Shown here piece after piece: positions 10,394 through 21,989 of a stretch of DNA of 33,256 nt. How positions within the stretch are numbered: position 1 is the first letter of the stretch; each line of letters begins with the position of its first letter. Location: NCBI GenBank assembly GCA_032718475.1, contig JAUCBJ010001985.1:1-33256 (forward strand). The letters are read 5' to 3'. This DNA is from Nemertoderma westbladi (Eukaryota; Animalia; Xenacoelomorpha). Below the pieces are notes generated by a model that was not told where the DNA came from, did no database searches, and was given only the letters and a program-made list of their open reading frames with translations. Position numbers and translations under genes: made by a program.

Positions 10394-11550
10394 AAAATAA
10401 CATAATTTTTGTTAAATCTACCACGTGACTTAAGAAATTTAGTGTTTAATGACTAAATGGTGACATCTACCCCCACTAAATCGACCATTGCGATTCAAAT
10501 GAGATCAAAATCAAGTCAATACGACCATAAGAAGTTGGTATACAAGTGAAATTATCATAAATCCATAATCGATCGAGTGCATTGTTGGTACCGCTCAGTT
10601 TTTTTGCTTGCTGCTGATGAATTTGGACTAAAATTTCAATTTTTTTGTGAATATTATGCCCATATGCCCTAATGCATCGAAAAAACATGTCCCAAGCTGA
10701 TTTGGAGAGCATCACCAAAAATCTCACCCATACACCCTACCTCTCTCTAGCCCAACTAATACATAGTAATAAAAAAGGGGGGCCAATAATGTGGACAAGG
10801 ATGGCTGTGTGTGTGTGTACGGAATGTGATTGGAAACATACATAATAATACAAAAGTTGCCAATAATATAACGACAGGGAGGGAATGTAATGACTACATA
10901 TAATAAACTGAGTGACATTGAGTTTACGGGGTGATATTGCAGTATTGAGTAAATGGACATGGTAAATGTCCGCTATAACATGGCTCAAAGGCGCGATATC
11001 CCCGGTTTGAGTTGGGTTGCAATGCAGACTTCACTTCACATTCTGATAATATATTATTTGAGATCTACTGTAGTTTTACATAGAACAGTACCGGTACGCG
11101 GTGGTACGGTCGAATATAGTAAATTCTGAAATTACAGTATTTACTTACATTGTTACATTGACAAAGTGAAACAAAATAGAAATAGAGTAGGCCTAAGTAA
11201 CAAAATAAGCAAGAAGCAACATTTCATTCAGAACTAGACAAGGCCTACTGTACTAAAGGCCGTGCAACCGTGCAGCAGTGAAGATCCACTGGAGGCTGAA
11301 CACGTTTACTCCAATTTTAACATACATTGTGCCTGTACAGACCAGAACCATCAATAATTGTGAAAAATCGACTAGGGGTATGGTTATACTACAGTTTAGA
11401 TTATCATTTATAGTTAGATTATTTTTTAAAATCCAATTTAATCCGAACACAAACAACAAATCTACCACCAAGTTAGATAGAAACTAGTATTTGGTGTTTG
11501 GTGACAATTCAATTTATCCAGAAAAGGAAGGAAGGTGCCTTGCGATGTCA

Positions 11551-11646
11551 TAATCGTACTGTAGATCCGTTGATCTTTTTAGATAAAGAAAATCAAAAGA
11601 TCCTTTACCTAACAGCCTAAAGATCAACTGATCTACATTGCGATTA
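11551..11646. mobile_element. Small palindromic MITE-like element
   Basis: Imperfect inverted repeat TAATCGTACTGTAGATCCGTTGATCTTT / AAAGATCAACTGATCTACATTGCGATTA, TA at both ends. Confidence 0.6.
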
Positions 11647-11941
11647 GTCTCAATTTATTGCAAATAGTACGTTCTGCACAGTTATCTAAGAGAAAGGAAT
11701 GAAAAGGTGACACAAAGTATGTTATCTTCATATATCTTCAATAATTTGGTTATTTTCAAGTACAACTTTACATGTCGAATATAGCACAAATCCACAAATA
11801 TAAGTATTACATTATATAGCGGTAGCACAAATTAAATAGCAATAGTAGTACATTGTATAGTTATTATTTATAACTACTGTATATATAGTTATAGTTAAGT
11901 TATTTGTAATTATAATCAATTATATATAATAGTAAACGTTT

Positions 11942-13166
11942 CTAATAGGAATCCGATAATTTTATTTTCTTTTGAGCACTCTCTTTCGAAGAACGGGGTG
12001 TTTTTAATATGCAATCGTTTTTAATAAAAATGTTGACTAGTTTTCGTACCGATCCATGCGAAATTTGAAATGAGTGAGCCGATGAGATATAAGTAAAGAA
12101 CGAACACAGGGATTTACTGCAAAATGGCGTTTTTAAATTAATATATAAAGTATAAAACAGTAGAAGGTAAATTTGCATGTATTGTCACTAGGTTTCTTCA
12201 AACCTCCACGGTCTAGCCTATTTAAATATCCGCCATATTGTCGGTAATATTGTTTCTCGTCGTCATTATCATTCTCATTTTTTGTTATATAACCTGCAAT
12301 ATACACAAGAGCTTGTTTATTATCGCAGGAAATTGAGTCTTCAAGTTCCTCTAGACTGTCTAGAATTTCGAATTCAGCATCACTGAGTGAAGCTGTACAG
12401 TTCTCACATTCGTGGCTGTGATATAGAGTGCCGTGACCTCATTACCCAGTTCCAGTACAAGCCTTGCAACCAGAATGCGAGACTTTAGTAATGCTTGCTG
12501 GCTGTTAATGAAATACGTACCACCAGAACCTTGACGTAAGATACCAAAGGTGCTTTCAACATCCGCTGTTATGGTCACCTATCATAACAAATTCACACGT
12601 TTCTAACGTTTCGAGACCACTTATTCAATGTTGTTATACGTAGCTGGCTCAGCGTCGTAATACAGCAAGCTACTCCACAATGAAATGCATTAAACGAAAA
12701 AGTAGGTTGTAGTTTGATTAGAAACTTTGGAATGCCTTCAGTATAGTTTATTGATTGGATATGAATATCATCTCCACAACGATAAGTTATCACATCATCC
12801 GGCAACGTAAATAATTTGGAACCGGAAGTTGACATAATGTTTACAATGGATACAATTTTGGGTATAGAAGGAAAAACAGACGGTGGATTAATAGGTTTCT
12901 TCTTCCCTTTCACCACAACAGTCGGGAAATCAGATGGCCAATGCTTTGCACAAACAACCGTGTTCTTAGTTCAGTAGTTTCTGGGATATTCTCTCTCTGA
13001 ATAGCTGCAATCCATCGGCGCCGTTCTCCCTCGTCCAGTCGTCTGTTGCCTGTTGGTAACCGGCTGACCGGTAAACCGGGACGTGTTCTTTAGTAGGCCT
13101 ACCGGTACCGGATGAACTTCCATCGTAATTCGACCGGCAACCGAACACACAGCACTTTAATGGCAT
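11942..13166 (-). pseudogene. THAP-domain P-element (THAP9-like) transposase pseudogene
   Basis: N-terminal C2CH THAP (MPLKCCVFGCRSNY...RWIAAIPREN...VVCAKHWP...PPSVFP), then DVESTFGILRQGSGGTYFI and C-terminal LVYIAGYI...LDRGGLKKPS. Frameshifted; most of the catalytic domain is missing. Confidence 0.88.
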
Positions 13167-13243
13167 TCTAGTTCTACACTGTAGGCCTATATCTGTATAT
13201 CGGTCAGTCGGTGGGCCTACTGAAATTCCAGAATTCGGGAATA

Positions 13244-13383
13244 ACCGGTTTCAGCCCCAATTTTTCGAATTTTTTTTAGCCCAGGTTACAGTTACAGTGT
13301 GGCGGCCCAAACCCTAATTAATCCGAATCGCACTACGGTAGGGTAGGTCAGTAGGTAAAATGACCATTGGGGCTGAAACCGGT
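13244..13383. mobile_element. 140-bp TA-flanked MITE
   Basis: Perfect TIR ACCGGTTTCAGCCCCAAT / ATTGGGGCTGAAACCGGT, with TA on both sides. Confidence 0.8.
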
Positions 13384-13524
13384 TAGAGCTCAGAATTCAA
13401 TTCAAATACCAGTAGCCAGCCCTATCAGCCTATTCAGCTATTGCAGTATTGTGTATTGCTGTATTGTAGGTCAGCCTCCAGTCAGCCTTCAGTGCTGCAC
13501 GGTTGCACGGCCTTTAGTACAGTA

Positions 13525-14014
13525 CGGTCCTACGAATTACCCCAAAATACCCCAAAACACCCCAAAATACCCCAAAACACCCCAAAAGACCCCAAAATAG
13601 TATAAAACTACCCCAAAATACCCCAAAATAGTTTAGAATTACCCCAAAATACCCCAAAATAGTTTAGAATTACCCCAAAATACTTTTTTTTCAGCCTTTG
13701 TTTTGGAAATTTAATTTACCCCAAAATATGGCAAAATGACGAATTACCCCAAAATAATGACGAATTACCCCAAAATAATTAAAATTTTTTTCTTCACTCT
13801 CGTTTATTGTTTTGGTTAAAAAAACTTGCCACTGTAACCTGCTCCTTTCCCTCGCTGTTAAAAAACATGGTTAGCTTAGTTTGGGGTATTTTGGGGTAAT
13901 TTTTTAGCCTTTTTGGGGTATTTTGGGGTAATATTTGACTATTTTGGGGTATTTTGGAGTATTTTGGGGTATTTTGGGGTGTTTTGGGGTATTTTGGGGT
14001 AATTCGTAGGACCC
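13525..14014. mobile_element. Foldback/MULE-like MITE with TIRs made of ACCCCAAAAT decamers, inserted in the P-element TIR
   Basis: GGTCCTACGAATTACCCCAAAATACCCCAAAACACCCCAAAA and its reverse complement at the other end; TSD GTACAGTA at 13517-13524 and 14015-14022. Confidence 0.88.
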
Positions 14015-14528
14015 GTACAGTAGGCCTTGGAACTAGACAATTGTGGATAAGCAGATAGTATGCAACTATGCTGGTATGTGCTATTCAATAGGCCTACAAT
14101 ACACAATAGAATACTGGAATAGGCTACTGGCAGACCGGTAGGTAGGTATTTTACTGCAGTGTACCGGTACCGTGTACCGGTACTCACTCTCACTGTACTG
14201 TCTGAGTGCAGTACTGTACAGTAGCCTATAGGCAATAGGTGATAGGGTATATGCTATAGTATGGCAGGACCTACTGACGTTGACGTACTGACAGACTGAC
14301 CTACAGACCTAGCACATAGCCCGAATCGGGGTACAGCTCTATAGGCCTACCCAGAATCGGTGTCATAGTGGAAAATTGTGACACTGATTCGATATTTTCA
14401 GTAGAACACTGGAACAGTAGAAAGCTATACCAGTATACCCCGAATTGGTGTTCTACTAGAGAATCTCCAGGCCCTTTCTGCCTATTTCAGTACTGCAGTA
14501 CCAGGTTGGAATTTATGTAGAGTTTGCT

Positions 14529-16240
14529 CAACATGTGTGGCGCGGATTAAGGATCCTGGCGCGTAGTGACAGCGACAGGGGCGTGTGGCGCGGATTAAGG
14601 ATCCTGGCGCGTAGTGACAGGGGCGTGTGGCGCGCATTGAGGATTCTGGCGGTCCTGGCGCGAATATGGATGTACTGATGTAGGGTTAGGTTAGGACAGT
14701 CTGACAGTAGGAGGTTGCGTAGCAGTGCACTAGCAACACATCCCACTCTACAGCTCTATTCGAAATTATTCCATACAGCCATAGGTTTAAAAAGATTGAA
14801 AAATGTCCGCTCGCTTCGCTCGCGTTTATACTGTAACTGCTGAACTGTAAGCCTACTCTTAGCACTGTCTGGCTGTGGACAAATGGAAACAGACAGATTA
14901 AGCATGACCATTAAAAACATGACTTGTTTCAAAAGTTTTTCAATTGTCAGATTCTTCAAACCAATAAAACCATGACAGCCTGCATGATTCAGCAGAATTT
15001 CCGTGCTCGATACGCTCGCCAGCTCGCAATTTAATGACATCTGCATTTGAAAACAGTCGGTTTGCCTACTTTAAATTCTGAAATGTTAAAATTTTCGTGC
15101 TCGCTACGCTCGCATCTTGATCACATCTGCATTTAAAAACAGTCAGTTGACGTTGACCTACTACTAGGCCTACAACTACAGCACTATCTGACTATTACTG
15201 TCAGACTGTATTTATGTTTGACATAATTGGAAAATTTCCTTGCTCGCTACGCTCGCATTTTAATGTTAAAATACTGTAGGGCTGCAGCATTATAAACTGA
15301 TAAATTATTAAAATTTAGCAATTACTGCAAAATTTCATAGTCAATTGTTGGCTTGGCGCGCACCAGACTGGAATCCATACACTTTGCGCCGGATTAATCC
15401 GGCGCACTTTGCAATAAAAGCGCGCCAATGTGGCGCGTGGCGCGCTCGAAAATCGTAAAGCGCGCCGACTTTGGCGCGTGGCGCGCTCGAAAATCGTAAA
15501 ACGCGCCGGCTTTCAGCTTTGGCGCGTGGCTCTCCCAAAAATAAAAACCGGCGCCGATTTGTTAGTTTCAAGTTTACAGGTTTAACAATTATGGAAGTGC
15601 CTTAAAAATAGCATTAGCTGTTTAAAAATTTCGGCTCGCTTCGCTCGCCTTTCTTTTTCTGTTGTATGGTTCAGTGGTTAGGCTACTGTCAGACTGTTGT
15701 ATACAGATATAGGGCAGCAGGGACTGGTACAGCAGTACTGACTGACATTGACAGATTGGTTACACTCCCTCAAAATTAAATTTGCATTGGCGTGGCGCTC
15801 TTCAAAATTGTTTAAAAAAAATGGGGCGTGATTAACAATTTAGTTGGCGCGGGGTTTCTTCGAAATTTCATCGGCGTGCTTAAAAATTTAGTTGGCGCGG
15901 GGTTTTTCTTCGAAATGGCATCGGCGCGCGGCGCGCATAAAAATTGGTCGGCGCGCGGCGCGCATAAAAATTGGTCGGCGCGCTATCCGGCGCACTTTTT
16001 GGATGGATTCCATACAGGGGCGCGCATTAGATATCATGGCTGGCAGCTGGCGCGATTTTCGTTTAACCAGAACGCGTGTGGCGCGCTTTTTGTCAGTCTT
16101 CCATATAGGCTGCAGTACAGCAGTACGGTATTGAAAAGTTTTTTTCCTGCGCCGAACGCGGCGCCGGGTGCAAAAAATCCAGCGCCGACTCGGAGCAAAA
16201 CCACACCCTGACGCCGGGTGCAAAAAATCCTGCCCCGGCC
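14529..16240. repeat. CpG-rich non-autonomous transposon-like repeat with reiterated TGGCGCG and GCTCGCTWCGCTCGC motifs
   Basis: Many GGCGCG units in short tandem duplications; GCTCGCT(T/A)CGCTCGC near 14809, 15099, 15242 and 15634, with a variant near 15005. Termini not resolved. Confidence 0.55.
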
Positions 16241-16249
16241 AGTCGGTGA

Positions 16250-16510
16250 GAAGTCAAAAATTGGACTTGAGTCCAAAATTGGACTTCGACTCCAGTTCAA
16301 GTCCAAAATTGGACTTCTGTGAGTCCAATATTGGACTTCAAATCAGCAATTGTTCCAGGGCCTTGGGTAATTGGATCGGGCGGGATTTTTTTTCTTTAAT
16401 CGAAAATATATCAAAAAATAAGAGTTTTGAACAGGGGGACCTGAAATTCACCAGGGGGAACTTTTTTTATAAGGCTTTGAATTTTTACAAAAGTCCAATT
16501 TGGACGTGAC
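16250..16510. repeat. MITE-like remnant with repeated AGTCCAAAATTGGACT palindromes
   Basis: Several AGTCCAA/TTGGACT units at 16260-16340 and near 16492-16505. Confidence 0.5.
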
Positions 16511-17099
16511 ATTGGGAATCGAACTTAAAGCTAAAGGTACATGAAGCATGACAGATGAGAGACAGCCAGACAGCTGTTAAGTTATGGAAAGTTACCTTTG
16601 CAGCTCTGTATGTATCTTCACCTTCAGTGTACTGACTGTACTGTACTTAGAATATAATGGTACTTTCTAGCATTCTAGGCAGTCAGGGAGATCATCAAAT
16701 TTGAGAATACCTCAAATTTCAAATTATAGACCCAATTTTGGAATTACCTCAAATTTAATACAAGGTTAGGTTAATTCTCTAAATTTGAGTTATACCCCAA
16801 ATTTGAATTTCATAGCAGCATAGTCAGATACAGACTGACAGACATAAGTCATAGTTGCCCTAGTTCAGTAGTTGTTATGCTATATATAATATATAGAGGT
16901 AATGTACTGTAGGCTAGGTGAGATAAATAAAATGACAACATAAAACTACTGCAGTAACTTAGGGAACTACAGTATGTATGTAGGCACCGACCCCCCCACC
17001 CGTAGTTATACATATTTGTAGTATTAGTAGTCATATTTGGACTGGAAATAAAAATTGTATAATCATGCACTGAACTGCTGAAATAGTTTACTAACATTG

Positions 17100-17224
17100 C
17101 CGAAGTTGTCGGTTTGTGATTTTACCTGTCGGTTTGTGTCGGTTTTGTGTCTTTTGTTGTCGGTGGTTGTCGGTGGTATGCGAAACGTGTCGGTGGTTGT
17201 CGGTGGCGTATTTAGTCAAACCCC
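17100..17224. repeat. GTCGGT tandem repeats ending in GTATTTAGTCAAACCCC; probable solo foldback/MULE-type TIR
   Basis: Seven TGTCGGT units; architecture resembles a terminus of the 13525-14014 element. Partner end not found. Confidence 0.45.
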
Positions 17225-18090
17225 TCTCACACAGCTAATGCTTCACTACAGACTATGATAGTATCTTGTTGCAAAACGCCCCATCGCGACGTTAACGATG
17301 ATCGCGATTGTAGTGGGATAACTTTTGTGGCATTGAGCGTTGGGTAGACTTCAACCAAATTGAAAAAACAAATTCACAACTTATTTTTTCACCATTTGGC
17401 AAATTCTGGGAGGGGGATTGCCAGTGTTTTTTTGTTTAATGTTACTTAAAATGTCTTATCAATTTGGGGTATAAAAATACCCCACGTTACCGGTGAAGGA
17501 TAATTTTTTACCATACCGGGGCAGGGTTAAACGAACGAAAGTAGTTGGTGGGTGAAATGAAAATAAGGATTCAGAGACGGAAATCCGTAGTCCAGTAGTA
17601 CTACAGTAGTTACGTTGTTTTATTCCAAAAGTGTAACATTACGAAACAACTACTCGATCCTATTGCAAGTATCGTTACGCTCGTTCTCTTCATTTGGTCG
17701 CCGTAATATATAGCCTACAACAAGGTGAAAATAGCTCATACTTTACTTTTACATTTAAACTTTATGTCTGTATGTGAGCTCAAATTCAATTTAAAAATTC
17801 AAATTCAACCCTTATTCTTAAATAAGAACCCTCTTTTGGTGCTAATTTAACTTAAATTAAACGCACCTTAGATTAAATATAAGATTACCGGTTCATTTAG
17901 TATGAGGAGTCATGCTTAAAAATAGGGCTGTAGGGTAAAAGTTACTATTAATTTTGTTAAAGTGGTGTATTAAAAATAGTAAAAAACTAAAGTAATTATT
18001 TTTATAGGCCTAGTAAAAAAATATTTGTGATGAAATCTTCAATTATTATTTTATGTCGTTTAAGATATATCTATATTTAATGTGATAAAT

Positions 18091-18184
18091 CATTGATCTC
18101 TGGTTAAAATGTCTGTTTTCAATACCCGGGAACCAGAGACCTATCCAGAAACCAAAAAACCGTCCGGAGAATCCAGAGATCAGT
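18091..18184. mobile_element. Small MITE-like inverted repeat upstream of NCX
   Basis: CATTGATCTCTGG / CCAGAGATCAGTG. Confidence 0.4.
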
Positions 18185-18538
18185 GACACTGACAAGTCTC
18201 TGTTTCAACTCTAGTATACTGATATATATATATATATATTTTATTTGTTGTTATATTATATAGGCCTACCGTAACGGTTAAGACGGTGTTCCTATAATAC
18301 AGCTATAAGTAATAGGAACGCTGTATTGCATGTATTTGTGTATTATTTTTGGACTTGGATGTACCAGGTTTAGTCTTTGTCTTGCATATCTGTCTATTTA
18401 TGATTAGGCCTATTACATAAACATACCGGTATATCAATTGTCCTTATCAGCATAAAGTTATCGCCACGGGTTCCTCACTGAGGAGTTACAGATTTGGACT
18501 GATCAAACCAGTGGTCTATCATTCTCTACATTACCACT

Positions 18539-19244
18539 ATGGGAAATAGCACATTATCGACTATCCCTGATATTTGCCCAACTGAGTACAAATGTAGTGA
18601 AGGTCTAATTTTACCCCTCGTAAATGAATCATCGTGGAATGTAGCAGTCAGGGCCATTCTCTACCTCATTGGCCTTATGTTTTGCTTCCTGGGTATTGCG
18701 ATTGTCGCTGATATATTCATGGTAGCCATCGAAACAATAACATCTAAAACTCGTAAAGTCACTATTGCCGATGTGGATGCTCCGAATGGTAGACGGGAGA
18801 TAGAGGTTCGTATTTGGAACTCAACAGTAGCGAATCTAACGTTAATGGCCTTGGGAAGCAGTGCCCCCGAGATTCTTCTATCGGTTATCGAGATATGCGG
18901 TAAAGATTTCCAGGCGGGCGACCTTGGCCCGGGAACTATTGTCGGCAGCGCAGCTTTTAATCTCTTGGGAATCTGCGCGATCTGTGTCGCTTGCATCCCG
19001 AAAGGGGAAACGCGAAAGATCAAAGAGATCGGTGTCTTCGGGTTGACGTCTTTTTTCTGTCTGTTCGCTTATATTTGGTTGTTTATTATTTTGGTGCCGT
19101 CGTCTCCCGGGGTTGTAGAGGTTTGGGAGGCTCTTCTTACGTTGCTGTTTTTCCCGATTTTAGTTATTGTCGCGTGGCTTATCGACAGTGGATATTTACC
19201 GGGAATGAAGAAAGGTGTCCCTGCTGGTAAAGGAATGGAAGTTG
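18539..19244 (+). CDS. NCX: Sodium/calcium exchanger (NCX/SLC8-like), coding exon 1: TM1-5 with alpha-1 repeat
   Basis: IVADIFMVAIETITSKTR, WNSTVANLTLMALGSSAPEILLSVIE, LGPGTIVGSAAFNL, SPGVVEVWEALLTLLFFP; donor G|GTAAGT at 19245, phase 1. Confidence 0.96.
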
Positions 19245-20334
19245 GTAAGTAATTTCACTGGTCTGGTCAGGTACCGGTATATATAAATATGCGTAACTTT
19301 TATTCAATTTATATATATAGGTGTCAGGGTCCGCTGACTCATGGCTGCTTGGTGTCACAGTGTCCGCGGGAATATATTGGTATATATCAATTTTTTGTTT
19401 CATTTCATTAATATCATCAGCTTGTTAAATGTTTAATATGCCGTAACTAATGTTTCGGTCGTTCTATATTACACTACACACCCAACACCTGTTCTTTACT
19501 GATTATATCAGAGCTCCCACATCTGCGTAAAAACTCTAAACAGCGCAATTGTTACAAGAAATGTTGCACCAATTTTTAAAAATATAATATTATTTATAGG
19601 TTCGGTAGGCCTATTATGCCCCAACGTGGGGCAAATTAATTGCTTGTATATATAATCTTTTTTAACTACACCCTGAAATATTACTATTTTGTAATAGTGA
19701 TTTATTATAAAATGATAGCGAATTGCGATTTTAAAAAATTGATTTAACTGCTGATACATTGGTGAAAACTGCATCGGGCGTTGGTCCTTATTTTTGGAAA
19801 TTTTAAACTAATTCTAACTACCGTACTGAACTAGGTCATCAAGAACACAACACAATATATTATTTTCGTAAAGGTGATGTTTATGGCTTCATTATTTGAA
19901 ATCTAATATTAAGTTATATTTAAGCCTAAATAATCTAAAATAAGTAATAAATATGATTTATTGTACCGACTCCCGAGTAATACTGCACCGGTATTATGAA
20001 TTTAATCTGTTTGTTTAATTTGATGTGCGAAACTTTGCACCATTTTTTCTCCTTATATTGATTAAAAATCTGTTACCGGGCAACCGGCAATCCATTGAAT
20101 ACAATATAATTTTTTGTTGTTATTTATTTTTTTATAATTACCGGTATAACAAATTGTTTATTTTCGTTGCTGCTCAAATTGTAATTTTCGTCGCTTCCCA
20201 AAATTATTGTAAGTGCTTAAAAAAATTACTTTTATGGAAGCGAGAGTTCGGTTTCAGCTATAATATATTTTGGAGGTGAGGTTGTGGTCATCATGGTATG
20301 CTCATACGTGGCGATTCTTTTTAACTTGTTTCAG

Positions 20335-20464
20335 GTGAGGGCGGTTTATTAGGGGAAATCCATGAAGATGCAACGAAGATGAAGATTACCGACGAAGAAG
20401 TCAGGGAATTCATAAAGGAGGGCGAGAGGGAGGGGAAATACTACACCCCGGACGAAGCGGCATT
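20335..20464 (+). CDS. NCX: NCX-like coding exon 2: start of cytoplasmic loop
   Basis: Acceptor TTGTTTCAG|, donor |GTAAGT; 130 nt, phase 1 to 2; GEGGLLGEIHEDATKMKITDEEVREFIKEGEREGKYYTPDEAAL. Not in the ORF track. Confidence 0.85.
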
Positions 20465-20570
20465 GTAAGTTGTGTCGGGAATTCTTTACATTATATACCG
20501 GTTACCATATTCTATTTGAATGATACTTTACTTAAATTAATACTTTTTTTACGTGTTGCAAGTTGCAACT

Positions 20571-20664
20571 GGGTGCGGCTCAATTCGACCCGCGACCTTT
20601 TCGCCCCAAGTCGATTTGCCCCGCATGTTAGGGGCATATGGACTTGGGGCGAATCGACTTGCCC
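20571..20664. mobile_element. Small palindromic MITE in the intron after NCX coding exon 2
   Basis: TTCGCCCCAAGTCGATTTGCCCC / GGGGCATATGGACTTGGGGCGAA. Confidence 0.65.
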
Positions 20665-21158
20665 AGTGTACCGATTCGCCAAAAATAAAACAAAGGATTA
20701 TTGGATTGTACTTGATTACGTCATAATTATCACTTCCCATTGGTTAAAACTTTACATTTTCTGCAGTTAAATATTGTCCGCTGGGATGTAGGTCTTCACT
20801 TTACCCCGCAATAATTATCACTTCTCAAGGGCCTTATGACACTTAAATACGTTATCTTGCTGTGCTTCTGTTAACGCGTGAGTCTGTTTTTATATTCAAA
20901 TTTACGAATTGTGCATCGTTATGAAAGTGGAAACGAAACTGATCTCATATGCTGCGAAATGTGGTGCCCGCTGCCCGAAATAAATTTGCAGTTTTGAGAT
21001 TGTTTGCACGTCTGCATTTCCGTTGTAGAAGTGGAATTGTACAACTGAATATTTGAATAGTTTTTGAAAACTTTTTGTAATTTTACCAAATTAAGTTCTT
21101 TTATTATTATTACCGGTAATAATGATTACCCCCCCCCCCCCCCCGCTCCCCATAATAG

Positions 21159-21282
21159 ACTTCTCGCTGCTAAGAAGGAAAAAGAGAAACCTCACAACTC
21201 TCTCTGGTACCGAATCAACGGGGTTCGCAGCATGTCCGGAGGCAAGAAACCCATTCCCCAGAAAAGCGCAGCTCGGCAAAAG
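21159..21282 (+). CDS. NCX: NCX-like coding exon 3
   Basis: Acceptor TAG|, donor AAG|GTTGGC; 124 nt, phase 2 to 0; PHNSLWYRINGVRSMSGGK resembles the NCX SRAFYRIQATRLMTG motif. Confidence 0.88.
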
Positions 21283-21989
21283 GTTGGCTTTTAGTAATTA
21301 TTAATAGTAATACCGGTACCGACGGTACATTTATGCTTCAATGGTGTGCGGTGCGCATAATTCATGTTAATTAATTGGAGGAGGAGGGGGGAGGGGTATA
21401 ATGATTAATTATCTATCGTTTAGTAATAATATTTACTGTAGAAATAATTTATTTTCTGTAACTCTCGTATCACATGTATCATTTTCAGAAATAACATTGA
21501 GTAATAACAATAATAATAATAACTAAAACCTTATATCGTTGACAGATATAATAATTATAATCGATATCGATTTAAAATAAGTTTTAAAAATATTTTGCAA
21601 TCTGTATTTTTCGAACTCACAAATAAATAAACATTATCGATGGCGAGCGTTCCAACTACATCGAGACCTTTCTGCCCTTACTTACATTATGTGTTTGATT
21701 TCAAACTTATTGATAAAGTTGTTGGTTTGTAAAACTTATACATTACGGTATCGGACATCTTTTAGAATTGCAGCGGACATAACTAAACTAACAATAACAT
21801 AATATTTTAATGGTAGTTTTAAGGTTTTCTATTAATTTCCGATCTAAAATCACTTGTTTTGTTTTACGCGCTGGATTCAGGAATCGAAGGTAATGTATAT
21901 CGCACACAACTTCACATGAATTCTCTCTCTGGTTACTAATTTTATTTAGGGTCAATCTAGTAGTGACTCATTTCATTTTATTGCAGTTA

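Larger units (their letters stand above)
7590..10750 (-). mobile_element. ~3.1-kb DNA transposon with ~280-bp TIRs; superfamily unresolved
   Basis: About 7620-7891 is the reverse complement of about 10430-10705 (e.g. TTGGGACATGTTTTTTCGATG / CATCGAAAAAACATGTCCCAA). The outer ends are degenerate and no TSD was resolved. Confidence 0.85.
11239..14029 (-). mobile_element. P-superfamily DNA transposon, internally deleted, with nested MITEs
   Basis: ~60-bp TIR CAAGGCCTACTGTACTAAAGGCCGTGCAACCGTGCAGCA; the right TIR is split by an insertion; perfect 8-bp TSD GAACTAGA at 11231-11238 and 14030-14037; THAP-transposase remnants inside. Confidence 0.92.

Noticed and set aside
13367-14235. ORFs ending in PKIPQNTPK repeats
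   Set aside because: They are translations of the foldback MITE decamer arrays.
15341-16509. Several overlapping Arg/Ala-rich ORFs
   Set aside because: They arise from stop-poor GGCGCG repeats on both strands and show no domain signal.
18661-19230. Alternative-frame and antisense ORFs over NCX exon 1
   Set aside because: They are shadows of the real coding exon.
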